DNA from: Bugula neritina
Taxonomy: Eukaryota > Animalia > Bryozoa
Direction of reading: 5' to 3'
Length of the DNA: 64,000 nucleotides
NCBI GenBank assembly: GCA_964035545.1
Contig: OZ037766.1
Coordinates: 31,300,773 to 31,364,772 of the forward strand
This document shows positions 55,017 to 64,000 of the stretch, in pieces (the stretch's first letter is position 1; each line of letters begins with the position of its first letter). A model generated the notes under the pieces. The model saw only the letters and a program-made list of their open reading frames with translations, did no database searches and was not told the DNA's origin. The translations under genes were made by a program, and so were the position numbers.

Positions 55017-56501
55017 TGAATTCCTTACTTGCAATCTACGGGAAAGAGTTCAGTAAAATTGTGATTGCTAGAGTTACGGTCAAATAAAAACCGATTAATA
55101 AAACATATTTATGCTCTAAAAATCAAATCCTATATAATTAATTAAAAAATACCAAGTTTAAATTTTGAGAAATCTATTGTCATCATCACCACTGCCACCA
55201 TTTTCATCAACATTATAACTTGATAAACGTAATGATAACTACAATTATATATCTATACAGTTACAATAATGAATTAATGTAATTGAGAAAATAATTGCTT
55301 TTGTTTACCCTGTTTGTGGCTACCATGCATACATTCAAAATGATCAAACTTAGAAGTATTACTATGGATGTGGTGAGACTTTAAATTAGCAAACTTTGAA
55401 ATGTACTCGTGCAAATAAACATAAGTAAATATCAATATTTAGATTTAGTTTTACAAGCAAAACGAATTATTAACACTACACCAATTCCCCAGGTTGTACG
55501 GAAGACAACAGTTACTATTACTTGGTGAGTTGATGCATTTAAAAATATAAACCACAACCAACTCTGGTGTAACAGTTCTACAAGCTACAAGTCTTATTAA
55601 CGAGCCCGGGCAAAAGCATAGGCATAACTTACATGTTTTTTTTTATAAAAAGCTAAAGTTTAGTTTAAAACTTGTGTCAAAAATAATTGATAATTATAAT
55701 ACAAATGTGCTAACAGTTATACTTATATACTAAGCTAAAATTCATTCAGAAAACGAACACAATATTCACTAATTAATACTAATAGTAATAGTAATTATAA
55801 ATACAGTGATATTGTAAATAATTTTAATGAATTATATAAGTTAAATTATAAGTATTTAACCATAATTAGAATAATAATGAATAATTGAAAAAACTACTCA
55901 TTTCTGTCAAACTCAAAGTGAAAGGAAGTAATGAATTATAATGAATTATATGATTGTGATGTTGAACTTGATCATCACCATAATGATGATGAGTAGCATA
56001 ATCTAAATCTGATACTGATCATGATCATCATCATGATTCAAAATGATCACTTATCAGTTATCAGTCTGAGTAATCAGTGTCATAAGTCATCACATCCACT
56101 GAGTCTAATCACTAATGTCAATGAGACTGAGAGTGAGTGACCACTGTGACTGACCAGTGATGATAAAATTGAAATTAAACTGATTATAACAATTTAATTT
56201 TGTGTCCTTGTAGTTTTAATTTGAATTATTCGACATTATTAATATTATTATGATTATATTAATATTTATTTATTTAAACTATGATTAATATATTTCATAT
56301 TCATAATTTAAATTAATATACATATTATATTCTGATACTCATATTCGTATCGATTCAATGATCGCAATCAATTAATTAAATAAATAATTATTAATCATTA
56401 TGATTATGATTAATATTTATATTATAATTATAAATATAATCATTATTTTTATTATTATTACCGCAATTGTCCTGCTAAATCACCAAATATGATAGTAAAT
56501 C

Positions 56502-57494
56502 TGTAGTAAAAAATATTATTAGAGCCATCGAGCAGTACACGTTGCGTCAAGTTGACGGCCCTGAATAACAATATTGTGAATATAGAGACTAGGTCAAGGT
56601 GATTTTTATCGGACTTGCAAGTTAAATCATTCTGGCAATATAATTTAACTAACTCAAAGCTAGGTCAACTAATTTTGATATATTGTGATTGGTTGATACA
56701 AGTTGTAATGCTAATTTTATATTAAATTTGTTGAGTTTTATAAAATTTTTGTATGTAAATAATTGGTTGTACTCCAAGACGTCCGTTTTGTGCTCCAAGA
56801 CGTCCGTAATATGGATATAAATAGAGTTGTAATTTTTAGTAGCAGTCAGTCGACTGTTGCCTGTTGTAATGTTTATAATTGACTCTTATAAATATAATAA
56901 ATTTTATTCTTTGCGAAATACTCTGCTCTTTGATTAGGTTGCTATTGAGTTGGCAATAGTGGTGGTTAGTTTCTATAGGTTTGTCAATGGTGATTACTTG
57001 CGCTGCAATTCCTGTTGAATCTCGGTGATTCAAATCCCAGGAATCTGATTTCTGTCACTGTCTCTGACTACAGCTGCTGTGATATAAATCGGCGAACCAT
57101 AGCCGTGTCCCTGTCACGCTCCAGCACTGTTACCGAACACCAGAAATCATTTTTCCACTGTAGTGACTCTCTTGCGTTGCGGAATTCCTGTCGAGTCTCT
57201 GCGATTCGAACATCAGGAATTAGATTTCTGTCACTGTCTCTGACTACAGTTGCTGTGATATAAATCGGCGAACCATAGCCGTGTCCCTATCACACTCCAG
57301 CACTGTTACCGAACACCAGAAATCAATAGTCACTGGAAAATATTAAAATCACATTAGCAAATAATTTGGCAACAAACAGTATTAGATAGTTTAATTAGTT
57401 TTCCGCACAAGGGAATTCTATTCCGACCCTCATTGTTAAGTGAGATTACTTACCGTCAATAGTGACACCTGGTGTCAGACACAAATTTACTTCA
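56502..57494 (+). repeat. 5' LTR (993 bp)
   Basis: TGTAGTAAA...TTTACTTCA termini; direct repeat offset 6301 bp from the 3' LTR. Confidence 0.97.
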
Positions 57495-57495
57495 C

Positions 57496-57513
57496 TGGTG
57501 GCAGCAGTGGGAT
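57496..57513 (+). promoter_or_regulatory. Primer binding site, tRNA-Leu-type
   Basis: TGGTGGCAGCAGTGGGAT 1 nt after the LTR; complementary to the ..AUCCCAC(C/U)GCUGCCACCA 3' end typical of eukaryotic tRNA-Leu(AAG/UAG). Confidence 0.88.
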
Positions 57514-57548
57514 ATTTCTAGAGCAATACTAGACAACCCACTATAAAA

Positions 57549-58385
57549 ATGGCAGAAGAAGCTCTTCGTGAAGCCGCTGCAGGAATTCGAGACATGGCAA
57601 AGGAGGCTGCTACTATACTTAATCAACGGCAACATACTCGCCTACCACCCCCGTCATTTGATGGCACTACTGATGTGGACGAGTTCTTACGTAGGTTCGA
57701 ACAAGTCCGAGTACTTAATAAGTGGGAGGATGCAGAAACTGAGCTACGTTTTGATATGGCTGTGACTGGAGCAGCAAAGCGTGGATTACCAGAGGGCACT
57801 TATACACATCGTGCTGGTCAACTCCGAACCAGGTATCAACTCACAGAGCAAGGAGCCAGTCAGCTACTGAAGCAGGTCAGCTGGAACCCTAAAGAAAATA
57901 TACACGAATTTGCCAACTATCTAAAAAGAATAATTCAGATGGCCATCCCAGAACTAGATGAGGATGGTAGAATGAAGCGCACTATTAAAGAGCTAATAAA
58001 TGCATTACCTGATGAGTATAAAACATTACGCTGGGAATTAAATCATCGCACACCAGAGACTGTGGAAGCCACCATAGACATCATCCACCAATTTTCCCAA
58101 CTACAAACAAACACAACCACAGTGCGTCAAGTGAAGAACGACAGTATGGTTGAGTTAGAAGCTCGGCTGGCCCAATACATGGCACAGCAAAATAAGATGA
58201 TGCAGAAACTCATGGAAACTCAAGGAGCCATGCTGGAGAAATTGACCTTGTCAACTGCCTCGGTACAAAGCCGACCCCCTAGAACTGCGCCAACGCCAGT
58301 TACCTGCTATGCTTGTGGAGAGAAAGGGCACTATGCAAGGAGATGTCCCCAATCTAGACAGGGAAACGATTTAGTTCGACACTAA
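57549..58385 (+). CDS. gag: Gag protein with CCHC zinc knuckle
   Basis: 278-aa ORF; PPSFDG..DEFLRRFE capsid-like start; CYACGEKGHYARRC. Confidence 0.95.
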   Translation: MAEEALREAAAGIRDMAKEAATILNQRQHTRLPPPSFDGTTDVDEFLRRFEQVRVLNKWEDAETELRFDMAVTGAAKRGLPEGTYTHRAGQLRTRYQLTEQGASQLLKQVSWNPKENIHEFANYLKRIIQMAIPELDEDGRMKRTIKELINALPDEYKTLRWELNHRTPETVEATIDIIHQFSQLQTNTTTVRQVKNDSMVELEARLAQYMAQQNKMMQKLMETQGAMLEKLTLSTASVQSRPPRTAPTPVTCYACGEKGHYARRCPQSRQGNDLVRH

Positions 58386-58421
58386 ATGACCCAGTCACTG
58401 TCGAACTGAATCCTATGGGTC
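58361..58421 (+). promoter_or_regulatory. -1 programmed ribosomal frameshift signal (G GGA AAC plus downstream stem/pseudoknot)
   Basis: Heptamer in gag phase; -1 frame open to the pol ORF; 58368-58381 pairs with 58399-58412; GACCCA (58388-58393) pairs with TGGGTC (58416-58421). Confidence 0.8.
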
Positions 58422-61400
58422 GAACACATGTCCGGTTAACGAAGCAGAGAACCGCCTACTATGTTCCAGTCAAGATTGGAACCCAGGATGAGGTTATGTT
58501 ACTTGACAGTGGGTGCACACAGTCAATCCTACCTACATCAGTAATACGTCAAATTGCCGACCACTGTTATACGCCTCTCATTCCTACAACAGGGCACTGC
58601 ACACTCGCAGATGGAAAAAGTGTCAAACTGGAAGGTACCACATGCCTCACCTTTAAACTGGGTTCTACTGTCTGCACTCATCAGTTCCTAGTAGCCAATC
58701 TAGACAACCAAATACTACTGGGTCTCAATTTCTTCGAACAATTTCACTGTTACATAGATTTCTCTAATTGCTTGTTCCGGATGGGAGAACAAACCATAAG
58801 CTGTTGTGATGAACGACGGCAGCCTTTCCACGCCAACGTACAGGCTAAATATGTTACAGTTCTGCCGCCCCGTGCAGAGAGTCTTGTGGAAGCCCGCATA
58901 GTTCGGCCATGGAATCGTCAACATGCTTTCTTGGAGTCAAAAACTTACACTGATGGGGTGGTAATCGCCAGTGCACTATACCATCCTCAGCAGCAACCAA
59001 AGATCTATGTGAGGATGCTTAACCATACAACGGAGCCAGTCACCATTCCACCTGGAAAAGTGCTCACCAGATGCTGTACTGTAGAGTCCATTGAATCTCC
59101 GCAATCCGAAGGTGCTACCCCAGATGCATTTGAACAAGAAGTGAAGAAGTGGTGCCAGCATCTGCCCCCATTAGAAAAACAAGCAGCTACACAGATGTTG
59201 AGGCGACACCGGGGAGTTTTTAGTGCCCACAAATATGACATAGGTCGCACAGACCTAGTAAAACATGAAATCCCTCTAGTGTCGGGGACTCGACCCCTCA
59301 AACAGAGACCTTATCGTCATGGCCCTGTCCAAGAAGAAGAAATTGAAAGACAGGTAGAAGAATTGAAGGCCCAAGGACTAATCCGTGAAGGGTATGGTGC
59401 ATGGAGTTCACCAGTTGTATTAGTACAGAAGAAGGATGGAACCTGGCGCTTCTGTGTTGACTATCGCAAACTTAATGACAGTACACACAAGGATGCTTAC
59501 CCCCTCCCACGTATAGATGACAGTTTAGACGCGCTGGGAGGCAGCAAATATTTCAGCACTCTAGATCTAACTAGTGGCTATTGGCAGGTAGAACTGGAAG
59601 AATCAGCCAAGGAAAAAGCGGCATTCTCTACTAGGTCCGGCTTGTGGGAGTGGCAAGTCCTGCCTTTTGGGTTAACCTCAGCGCCCTCTACATTTGAACG
59701 ATTGATGGAGACTGTCCTGAGAGGGTTACATTGGCAAACAGTCCTAATATATCTAGACGACATCATAGTCTTTTCCAAAGATATGAATAGCCATCTTGAA
59801 AGGCTTGCTGAAGTTTTCCAGCGTCTAACAGCTGCTGGACTTAAATTAAAGCCTCAGAAGTGCACCTTATTTGCCGAACAAGTCCAGTATCTAGGCCACG
59901 TTGTCAGTCAGAATGGTATTTCGACAGATGATTCCAAGGTACAGAGAGTACAGGAGTGGCCTCGACCCCAGCATAAGACAGATGTCAGGGCATTCCTGGG
60001 TACATGTGGGTACTATCGACGGTTTATCCCTAGGTATTCCGAGGTATCTCGTTCCCTCAGCCAGTTATGTTCAAAAGATTCCAGATTTCAATGGGATGAG
60101 GAGTGCGAATTGGCTTTCAACAAACTCAAGGCTCATCTAGTTACTGCCCCTATTCTTGCATACCCTGATTATGCTAGAGAATTCATACTTGATACAGATG
60201 CTAGTCAAGTCGGTACCGGGGCTGTCCTGTCCCAAATCCATGGTGGCGAGGAGAGGGTGGTAAGCTACTACTCTAAGATGTATTCCAGCGAAGAGAGCAA
60301 CTATTGTGTCACCAGACAGGAGTTACTGGCAATAATTAAAGCGGTCCGCCATTTTCGGCCTCAACTCTATGGCCGCCAGTTCCTTGTAAGGACTGATCAT
60401 GCTTCACTTGTTTGGCTGCTTCAAAACCCTGCCCCGACAGGACAATTGGCAAGATGGTTGGAAACGCTATCCGAATACAACTTCAGGATACAGCATAGGA
60501 AAGGGCGAAAACATAACAATGCTGATGGACTGAGCCGGCAGATATGCAAAGAATGTAAACAGTGTGACCGAATGTTTCCATCACCTGAGAAGAAGATCAA
60601 CCTTTCCCAGACTGCTTTACCAAACAAAGAACCAAGATTCCACTCCACTGCTACCCAGACGGACATAGTGCAAGGAATAACGACTGTACAGGCTGCACAA
60701 TTCCCTATTTTCCATCCAAAGAAGACTGAGCCACAGGAGTGGTCAGAATGGTTGAAGCCCCCAATGGCCCACAGACCCATGAGTCTAGTACCCAACGCGG
60801 TGAATGACCAGAGAGTGGAAGTTGCTGCGGAGGTTACTCATGTTGCAGTTAAAGCTGTGCCACAGATGAATGTTGAAATGGACGCCATTCGTCAAGCCCA
60901 AGAAACAGATGCAGTCATTGGTCCAGTTTATCGCGCATTTCAGAAAGGAGTGAAGCCTAACGTGGACCAAGTGGGCGGAGAGACCAAAGCACTACTTCGC
61001 TGGTGGGAAGAGCTCAGCCTTCTTGGAGGGCGCCTGATGATAAAAATGAGGCACCGCCGGGAGGGTCACATGGTGACTGTTTTACCTCGTGCATTGAGAA
61101 GTGAAGTAGTGGAATCCATCCATAAACAGGCACATTTAGGAGTCAACAAAACGTTACTTGGTGTACAAGAAAAGTGGTATTGGCCTGGAATGTCAGCCGA
61201 GATTAGACGACAAGTGCAGGGTTGTCAACAGTGTCAGCAAGCTAAGCCTGTCCCTCATCGATCCTCCAACCCCCAGAATCATCTTCATGCCGGACGCCCC
61301 TGGCAGATCCTTGCAATTGACCTCTGTGGACCATTTCCTGAAACAAACCAAGGAAACACACAGATACTGGTACTAGCAGACCATTTCACCCGATGGTATG

Positions 61401-62869
61401 ACGCTATCCCAATAAAAAATGGGACAGCCACAACTGTCGCCCGGGTGCTTGATGAGCGGGTCTTCAGCTACTTTGGAGTCCCAGAATGCATCCACTCTGA
61501 TCAAGGAAAGCAATTCACATCCCAAATCTTTCAGGAGTGCTGTTTGTTGTGGGGCTGTGATAAGACACGATCATCACCGTATCACCCACAAGGAAATTCC
61601 GTGGTCGAGCGGCTAAACAGAACCCTAGGAAATTCCCTGCGTGCCCTTCTAGCCGAATCTCTTCACAGGGAGTGGGATTTGCTAGTTCCACAAATCCTGC
61701 GGACAATTCGAGCTACACCACACCGAATCACCGGCGAGACCCCAAATTTTCTGATGCTAGGCAGGGAGGTGAAATTGCCTGCAGATCTTTTGTTCCAGCA
61801 AGAAGACCCACAGGAGTTACCAGTGGAAGAGTTTGTGGATAAACTCAGAGAGAGGCTACAACAAGTCCATGAGCGGTTGAGACAACAACAGATGGAGATA
61901 CCTCAACCTGAAGAGGAAGACAGTCCATACAAGGAAGGCGATAAAGTCTGGTTAAAATCATACTACCAAGGACAGGGACGAGGTGCTAAGCTCCGTCCTA
62001 AATATGTGGGGCCTTACACCATCACTAAAGTGTTGCCGTTCCAGACTTATCGTATGGTAAAGGATGGCAAATACAGTGTTCAACATGAAGGGCGCATCAA
62101 AGCATATGTAGAATCAACTGACTCCAGACAAAAGGATAGAGCACTAGCAGCCACCCCACCTGTTCCAGGTGATACAAGGCCACCTACTGTCGCAGAAACA
62201 CCACTGCCCACTATACCATCTCAAGACTTGGTCACCAATGGCTTCATTACAGAAGAAGAAGACGATGTAGAGATCCTGCCTGTCACACCCCAATTATCAG
62301 AAGACCCAGCCGTAGTGAGACCTCCCGGAGCCTTACCAGATGCAGAACCTGATGTTGACGTACATAATAGAACTGCTGTAGAACCAGAAACCGACGGATT
62401 ACCATCTACCTCCAGTATGAAGGAATTGACCAAGGAGGAAAGTGTTGATGTAAACCGGAAAGACGATGACCATCCCCAAGAAGGCGAGTCTGCAGCTATA
62501 GAGGAGTTAGAAACATATGGTGAAGAAACCCACTCAGCTGATCCTGGCTTTAGATCAAACCGCCAAAGACGCAAACCTGTTCGGTTTGGAGACTACCACC
62601 TAGATCGAGTACACTCCTGGCCGAAGTCTAACTATACTAACAGAGTTGTGCCAAAGAAGTCAGAGACCCAAACCATTCTACACGCTGACTGGTTCAGTAA
62701 CTACCATGAAGAATTTCCTGCATTAGTAGAAGCTGCCAACCCAATTAAAAGACTTAAGAAGGGTCCAATTCCGGGACGGAATTCTATCTCCGGAGGGGAT
62801 GGTGTAGTAAAAAATATTATTAGAGCCATCGAGCAGTACACGTTGCGTCAAGTTGACGGCCCTGAATAA
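58415..62869 (+). CDS. pol: Pol polyprotein (protease, RT, RNase H, integrase with GPY/F motif)
   Basis: LLDSGC protease; YLDD RT; DTDAS/TDH RNase H; HKQAH..CQQC, DDE integrase, YVGPY; uninterrupted 1484 aa, probably expressed as Gag-Pol from 58361. Confidence 0.98.
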   Translation: MGRTHVRLTKQRTAYYVPVKIGTQDEVMLLDSGCTQSILPTSVIRQIADHCYTPLIPTTGHCTLADGKSVKLEGTTCLTFKLGSTVCTHQFLVANLDNQILLGLNFFEQFHCYIDFSNCLFRMGEQTISCCDERRQPFHANVQAKYVTVLPPRAESLVEARIVRPWNRQHAFLESKTYTDGVVIASALYHPQQQPKIYVRMLNHTTEPVTIPPGKVLTRCCTVESIESPQSEGATPDAFEQEVKKWCQHLPPLEKQAATQMLRRHRGVFSAHKYDIGRTDLVKHEIPLVSGTRPLKQRPYRHGPVQEEEIERQVEELKAQGLIREGYGAWSSPVVLVQKKDGTWRFCVDYRKLNDSTHKDAYPLPRIDDSLDALGGSKYFSTLDLTSGYWQVELEESAKEKAAFSTRSGLWEWQVLPFGLTSAPSTFERLMETVLRGLHWQTVLIYLDDIIVFSKDMNSHLERLAEVFQRLTAAGLKLKPQKCTLFAEQVQYLGHVVSQNGISTDDSKVQRVQEWPRPQHKTDVRAFLGTCGYYRRFIPRYSEVSRSLSQLCSKDSRFQWDEECELAFNKLKAHLVTAPILAYPDYAREFILDTDASQVGTGAVLSQIHGGEERVVSYYSKMYSSEESNYCVTRQELLAIIKAVRHFRPQLYGRQFLVRTDHASLVWLLQNPAPTGQLARWLETLSEYNFRIQHRKGRKHNNADGLSRQICKECKQCDRMFPSPEKKINLSQTALPNKEPRFHSTATQTDIVQGITTVQAAQFPIFHPKKTEPQEWSEWLKPPMAHRPMSLVPNAVNDQRVEVAAEVTHVAVKAVPQMNVEMDAIRQAQETDAVIGPVYRAFQKGVKPNVDQVGGETKALLRWWEELSLLGGRLMIKMRHRREGHMVTVLPRALRSEVVESIHKQAHLGVNKTLLGVQEKWYWPGMSAEIRRQVQGCQQCQQAKPVPHRSSNPQNHLHAGRPWQILAIDLCGPFPETNQGNTQILVLADHFTRWYDAIPIKNGTATTVARVLDERVFSYFGVPECIHSDQGKQFTSQIFQECCLLWGCDKTRSSPYHPQGNSVVERLNRTLGNSLRALLAESLHREWDLLVPQILRTIRATPHRITGETPNFLMLGREVKLPADLLFQQEDPQELPVEEFVDKLRERLQQVHERLRQQQMEIPQPEEEDSPYKEGDKVWLKSYYQGQGRGAKLRPKYVGPYTITKVLPFQTYRMVKDGKYSVQHEGRIKAYVESTDSRQKDRALAATPPVPGDTRPPTVAETPLPTIPSQDLVTNGFITEEEDDVEILPVTPQLSEDPAVVRPPGALPDAEPDVDVHNRTAVEPETDGLPSTSSMKELTKEESVDVNRKDDDHPQEGESAAIEELETYGEETHSADPGFRSNRQRRKPVRFGDYHLDRVHSWPKSNYTNRVVPKKSETQTILHADWFSNYHEEFPALVEAANPIKRLKKGPIPGRNSISGGDGVVKNIIRAIEQYTLRQVDGPE
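62792..62802 (+). promoter_or_regulatory. Polypurine tract
   Basis: GGAGGGGATGG immediately before the 3' LTR TG. Confidence 0.85.
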
Positions 62870-63795
62870 CAATATTGTGAATATAGAGACTAGGTCAAGG
62901 TGATTTTTATCGGACTTGCAAGTTAAATCATTCTGGCAATATAATTTAACTAACTCAAAGCTAGGTCAACTAATTTTGATATATTGTGATTGGTTGATAC
63001 AAGTTGTAATGCTAATTTTATATTAAATTTGTTGAGTTTTATAAAATTTTTGTATGTAAATAATTGGTTGTACTCCAAGACGTCCGTTTTGTGCTCCAAG
63101 ACGTCCGTAATATGGATATAAATAGAGTTGTAATTTTTAGTAGCAGTCAGTCGACTGTTGCCTGTTGTAATGTTTATAATTGACTCTTATAAATATAATA
63201 AATTTTATTCTTTGCGAAATACTCTGCTCTTTGATTAGGTTGCTATTGAGTTGGCAATAGTGGTGGTTAGTTTCTATAGGTTTGTCAATGGTGATTACTT
63301 GCGCTGCAATTCCTGTTGAATCTCGGTGATTCAAATCCCAGGAATCTGATTTCTGTCACTGTCTCTGACTACAGCTGCTGTGATATAAATCGGCGAACCA
63401 TAGCCGTGTCCCTGTCACGCTCCAGCACTGTTACCGAACACCAGAAATCATTTTTCCACTGTAGTGACTCTCTTGCGTTGCGGAATTCCTGTCGAGTCTC
63501 TGCGATTCGAACATCAGGAATTAGATTTCTGTCACTGTCTCTGACTACAGTTGCTGTGATATAAATCGGCGAACCATAGCCGTGTCCCTATCACACTCCA
63601 GCACTGTTACCGAACACCAGAAATCAATAGTCACTGGAAAATATTAAAATCACATTAGCAAATAATTTGGCAACAAACAGTATTAGATAGTTTAATTAGT
63701 TTTCCGCACAAGGGAATTCTATTCCGACCCTCATTGTTAAGTGAGATTACTTACCGTCAATAGTGACACCTGGTGTCAGACACAAATTTACTTCA
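62803..63795 (+). repeat. 3' LTR (993 bp)
   Basis: No difference from the 5' LTR seen by eye; the duplicated ORFs in the track translate identically. Confidence 0.97.
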
Positions 63796-64000
63796 AATCG
63801 ATAAAAATCAATGCAAGATAAATTACACCTAAAATTGAAAGCAAATTAAAATTACGGGCAAAAAATTAATTAGTACTCGTATGGGTGTCACTGTGTCACT
63901 ATCACTGTGTCAGTGTGCATGTGGTCATGATCATTTCACCCCGTGTTTGCTATTAGCAGAGGAATCACTATAAACAGCACAAAGTTGGGGATCATTAAAT

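Larger units (their letters stand above)
56502..63795 (+). mobile_element. Full-length Ty3/Gypsy LTR retrotransposon (7294 bp)
   Basis: TG..CA LTRs 56502-57494 and 62803-63795; AATC TSD at 56498-56501 and 63796-63799; PBS, PPT, gag and PR-RT-RH-IN pol. Confidence 0.98.

Noticed and set aside
56836-57263. Small ORFs inside the LTRs (env or accessory gene?)
   Set aside because: Short, no recognisable motifs; duplicated only because the LTR is duplicated.

Overview
AT-rich, intron-containing animal (invertebrate-like) genomic DNA. Hand-spliced conserved genes: SRP19 (-, 5 exons), an ACP7-type purple acid phosphatase (+, 11 coding exons) and TRMT12/TYW2 (-, 8 coding exons). The right end holds a complete, apparently intact and very young Ty3/Gypsy LTR retrotransposon (56502-63795): 993-bp LTRs with no difference seen by eye, 4-bp TSD AATC, tRNA-Leu PBS, PPT, and a G GGA AAC -1 frameshift site followed by a stem/pseudoknot. 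The left ~43 kb is lineage-specific. It holds two divergent tandem paralogues of an orphan family (3644-7637 and ~14852-25194), a third orphan membrane glycoprotein gene (37333-42260) and a 60-aa secreted CxxxC/CxC defensin-like peptide gene missed by the ORF track (28902-29300). Just downstream of that gene is a ~270-nt highly structured element ending in a complete type I hammerhead ribozyme, set between (TA)n tracts (retrozyme/Penelope-like). A decayed LINE, tRNA-derived SINEs, a MITE, a candidate solo LTR and many micro/minisatellites are also present. All gene models were read by eye from GT-AG phase compatibility and lack transcript confirmation.
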